From a virus, in IMG/VR virus record IMGVR_UViG_3300045988_098325: a DNA stretch of 36,595 nucleotides; one strand, 5' to 3'. The position numbers were made by a program, and so were the translations under genes. This document shows positions 34,748 to 36,595 of the stretch, piece after piece. Within the stretch, counting starts at the first letter, position 1, and every line of letters starts with the position of its first letter. The notes beneath the pieces are model-generated. The model worked only from the letters and a program-made list of their open reading frames with translations, ran no database searches and had not been told where the DNA came from.

Positions 34748-35854
34748 ATGAAATACGTCAGCATGTTCTCTGGCATCGAAGCGGCAACCGTCGCATGGAA
34801 ACAACTCGACTGGCAACCGGTCGCATTCTCGGAAATCGAACCATTCCCATGCGCAGTGCTCAAACACCATTACCCAACCGTCCCCAACCTGGGAGACATG
34901 ACGAAAGTAGATTGGAATGACTACCATCACACAGCCGACATTGTGGTCGGAGGAAGCCCCTGCCAAAGCTTCAGCACCGAAGGACTCAGGAAGGCGTTGG
35001 ACGATCCACGCGGCCAGCTCATGCCAGCATATTTCCGAGCTTGCCAGCAAATTGACCCAGAATGGATCGTCTGGGAAAACGTGCCCGGAGTATTATCCGC
35101 AGATCACGGACGCGCTTTCGGCACACTCCTGCAAATCGTGGCCGAACTCTGGCCTGATGGGGGGGCAGCATGGAGAGTGCTCGACGCTCAATTCCACGGA
35201 GTGGCACAACGCCGCCGCCGTGTGTTCGTTGTCATCAACACTAGAGACTGGCGACGTGCCGCACCGGTACTATTTGAGCGAGAAAGCCTGTGCTGGGATC
35301 ATCCGACGAGCAAAGCAAAAAGGCAAGCCCTTACCGGAAGTGTTGTCGGCGGCGTTGCAGGCGCAGATACAGGCATGGGAGCAGGAAACTGCCTAAACCA
35401 TTTTGACGGTCAGTTGAGCAGGCGCTACTCGGCAGATGGGCCATACCCGACGTTTGCTGGTGGGACGGGAGCAACCGGCGGCAGGAACATAGGCGTGCTC
35501 ACTGATGTGGTACAACTGGTTCGCACCTCGAACACGAATTCCAATGGAGGGCATTTCCCTCAATCGGATGTAATGGACACGTTAGATACGACGGTTTCAA
35601 CTGCGGTGCTGTGCAATGCCGGTGATTCAGCGAACGCCGAAGTCGGCTACGAAGTGCGACGGCTCACCCCACGGGAATGCGAACGGCTCCAGGGCTTCCC
35701 GGACGATTACACGAATGTCGCATTCAACGGGAAACCAGCCTCGGACGCGAACCGTTACCGCGCACTCGGCAACAGCATGGCAGTCCCCGTCATGCGATGG
35801 ATAGGCGAAGGCATCAACCTCGTGGAACAAGCGAAACAGGAAGGAACACTATGA
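34748..35854 (+). CDS. DNA (cytosine-5)-methyltransferase, with no adjacent restriction endonuclease
   Basis: Motifs FSGIE (I), GSPCQSFS (IV), ENV (VI), QRRRRVF (VIII), RRLTPRECERLQGFPDDYT (IX) and GNSMAVPV (X). Confidence 0.9.
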   Translation: MKYVSMFSGIEAATVAWKQLDWQPVAFSEIEPFPCAVLKHHYPTVPNLGDMTKVDWNDYHHTADIVVGGSPCQSFSTEGLRKALDDPRGQLMPAYFRACQQIDPEWIVWENVPGVLSADHGRAFGTLLQIVAELWPDGGAAWRVLDAQFHGVAQRRRRVFVVINTRDWRRAAPVLFERESLCWDHPTSKAKRQALTGSVVGGVAGADTGMGAGNCLNHFDGQLSRRYSADGPYPTFAGGTGATGGRNIGVLTDVVQLVRTSNTNSNGGHFPQSDVMDTLDTTVSTAVLCNAGDSANAEVGYEVRRLTPRECERLQGFPDDYTNVAFNGKPASDANRYRALGNSMAVPVMRWIGEGINLVEQAKQEGTL

Positions 35855-36036
35855 CCGACACGATCAGCGCATACAGGCGCAGCATGATATTGAAATGGCA
35901 TGCGGACGGCTACCGGGTGGACGAGATCGCCCGCCTCATCGATCTCCCGCAACAGGCCGTCATCGACATCATCGACAACGCTGCCCGGCCTGAGGAGCAC
36001 AAGCCGGACATGGGAGAGGACGTGCCATTATGGTGA
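35851..36036 (+). CDS. Small HTH protein (sigma-70 region 4 / LuxR-like)
   Basis: 61 aa: MILKWHADGYRVDEIARLIDLPQQAVIDII. Confidence 0.55.
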   Translation: MTDTISAYRRSMILKWHADGYRVDEIARLIDLPQQAVIDIIDNAARPEEHKPDMGEDVPLW

Positions 36037-36308
36037 ACCACTTTGACTGGCAGAAGCAGGCCGCCTGCGCGAACCCGGACTACGATCCGGAATGGTGGTT
36101 CGCACCCAAGGACTCGCCCGAGGCCACGGCGGCTCAAGCCATCTGCATGTACGACTGTCCCGTATACGAGCAATGCGAACAATACACGCGCGCCGTCGAC
36201 CTGCGGACACCAGGCGGAATCACCGGCATCTGGGCAGGCTGCACCTACCGGGAGCAATGGCGTTCCGCCGGGAAGCAGGAATCAAAACATCAACACGACA
36301 AGGATTGA
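36030..36308 (+). CDS. whiB: WhiB-family transcription factor
   Basis: Four Cys (C13, C40, C43, C49) and a GIWAG turn. Confidence 0.85.
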   Translation: MVNHFDWQKQAACANPDYDPEWWFAPKDSPEATAAQAICMYDCPVYEQCEQYTRAVDLRTPGGITGIWAGCTYREQWRSAGKQESKHQHDKD

Positions 36309-36321
36309 ACAAGTTTTGAAA

Positions 36322-36595
36322 GGCAGCGAGATGAACGGCGAACACGAATTCTAGGTCTTACGTCAATCACGTACGACCATGTAAGACATGTGTTGGGTGC
36401 GTAAGACCTTACACAGAGTCTTACATGGTCTTACGTTCGGGCACATGCTCTAAACCATTGGAAACATTGGGCTGACAGGCCAAGGCTTACAAACTTACGT
36501 TCCATTATACATATATATGTTTATATATATATATTAGGGATATATATATAGGGGGCGTAAATGTAAGCCTGCCTGTCAGCCAGAAAAGGCAGGAA
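36322..36595 (+). repeat. Copy D, a full-length copy of the multi-copy element. Its last 201 nt are identical to window positions 1..201.
   Basis: 274 bp. It begins with a non-coding fossil of the SSB-like gene's 3' end (36322..36354) and runs to the window end. Confidence 0.95.

Noticed and set aside
34917-35396. A 159-aa ORF inside the methyltransferase gene
   Set aside because: It is out of frame with a gene carrying all the conserved MTase motifs, and it has no RBS or motif of its own.
36043-36354. The 103-aa ORF ending in ...SEMNGEHEF as a second gene sharing the SSB-like C-terminus
   Set aside because: It is an alternative frame across the well-supported WhiB gene. Only its last 11 codons derive from the repeat, so the rest is a shadow frame.
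1-36595. The four repeat copies as a CRISPR array or as spacers
   Set aside because: The units are ~256-274 bp and lie 6-22 kb apart, with one inverted. There are no short direct repeats with unique spacers and no cas genes apart from a stand-alone Cas4-like recombination nuclease.

Overview
The window appears to be an essentially complete, G+C-rich siphovirus genome. An actinobacterial host is inferred from a WhiB gene and the codon style, and it may be Bifidobacterium-like. No homology search was possible, so product calls rest on motif recognition and gene order.

Gene layout:
- 205..22652, late region, all on the + strand: a putative regulator, HNH endonuclease, TerS/TerL, portal, a MuF-like head protein fused to an ADP-ribosyltransferase toxin domain, scaffold, capsid, connectors, major tail protein, G/G-T chaperone with a CCCAAAC -1 slippery site, tape measure, Dit, a 1268-aa Tal/receptor-binding protein, amidase endolysin and holins.
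- 23040..29947, immunity/recombination region: a leftward ImmA-like protease, an Ltp-like exclusion protein and an XRE repressor; a rightward Cro-like protein, antirepressor, RusA, Cas4-like nuclease and an SSB-like protein.
- 30192..36308, replication/nucleotide region: a helicase + Prim-Pol fusion, DUF3310, dCTP deaminase, C5-methyltransferase, an HTH protein and WhiB.

Main observation: a ~256-274-bp non-coding element, nearly identical between copies, sits at every module boundary.
- Direct copies lie at 1..201 (cut by the window edge), 29915..30188 and 36322..36595. An inverted copy lies at 22695..22950.
- The element contains phased GTCTTAC/GTAAGAC heptads and a 112-bp imperfect palindrome around a TA-rich core. 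It also has a hairpin over the ribosome-binding site and a fossil of the 3' end of the SSB-like gene.
- In the inverted copy, a 30-bp core bounded by 9-bp inverted repeats is flipped relative to its flanks.

Other notable points:
- No integrase or attP is visible despite a full immunity module.
- The repressor reading frame is broken at a C5/G5 homopolymer.
- A tRNA 3'-end-like element followed by a strong intrinsic terminator sits between head genes.
- The first and last 201 nt of the window are identical. This indicates a circular or terminally redundant genome, or an assembly break inside a repeat.
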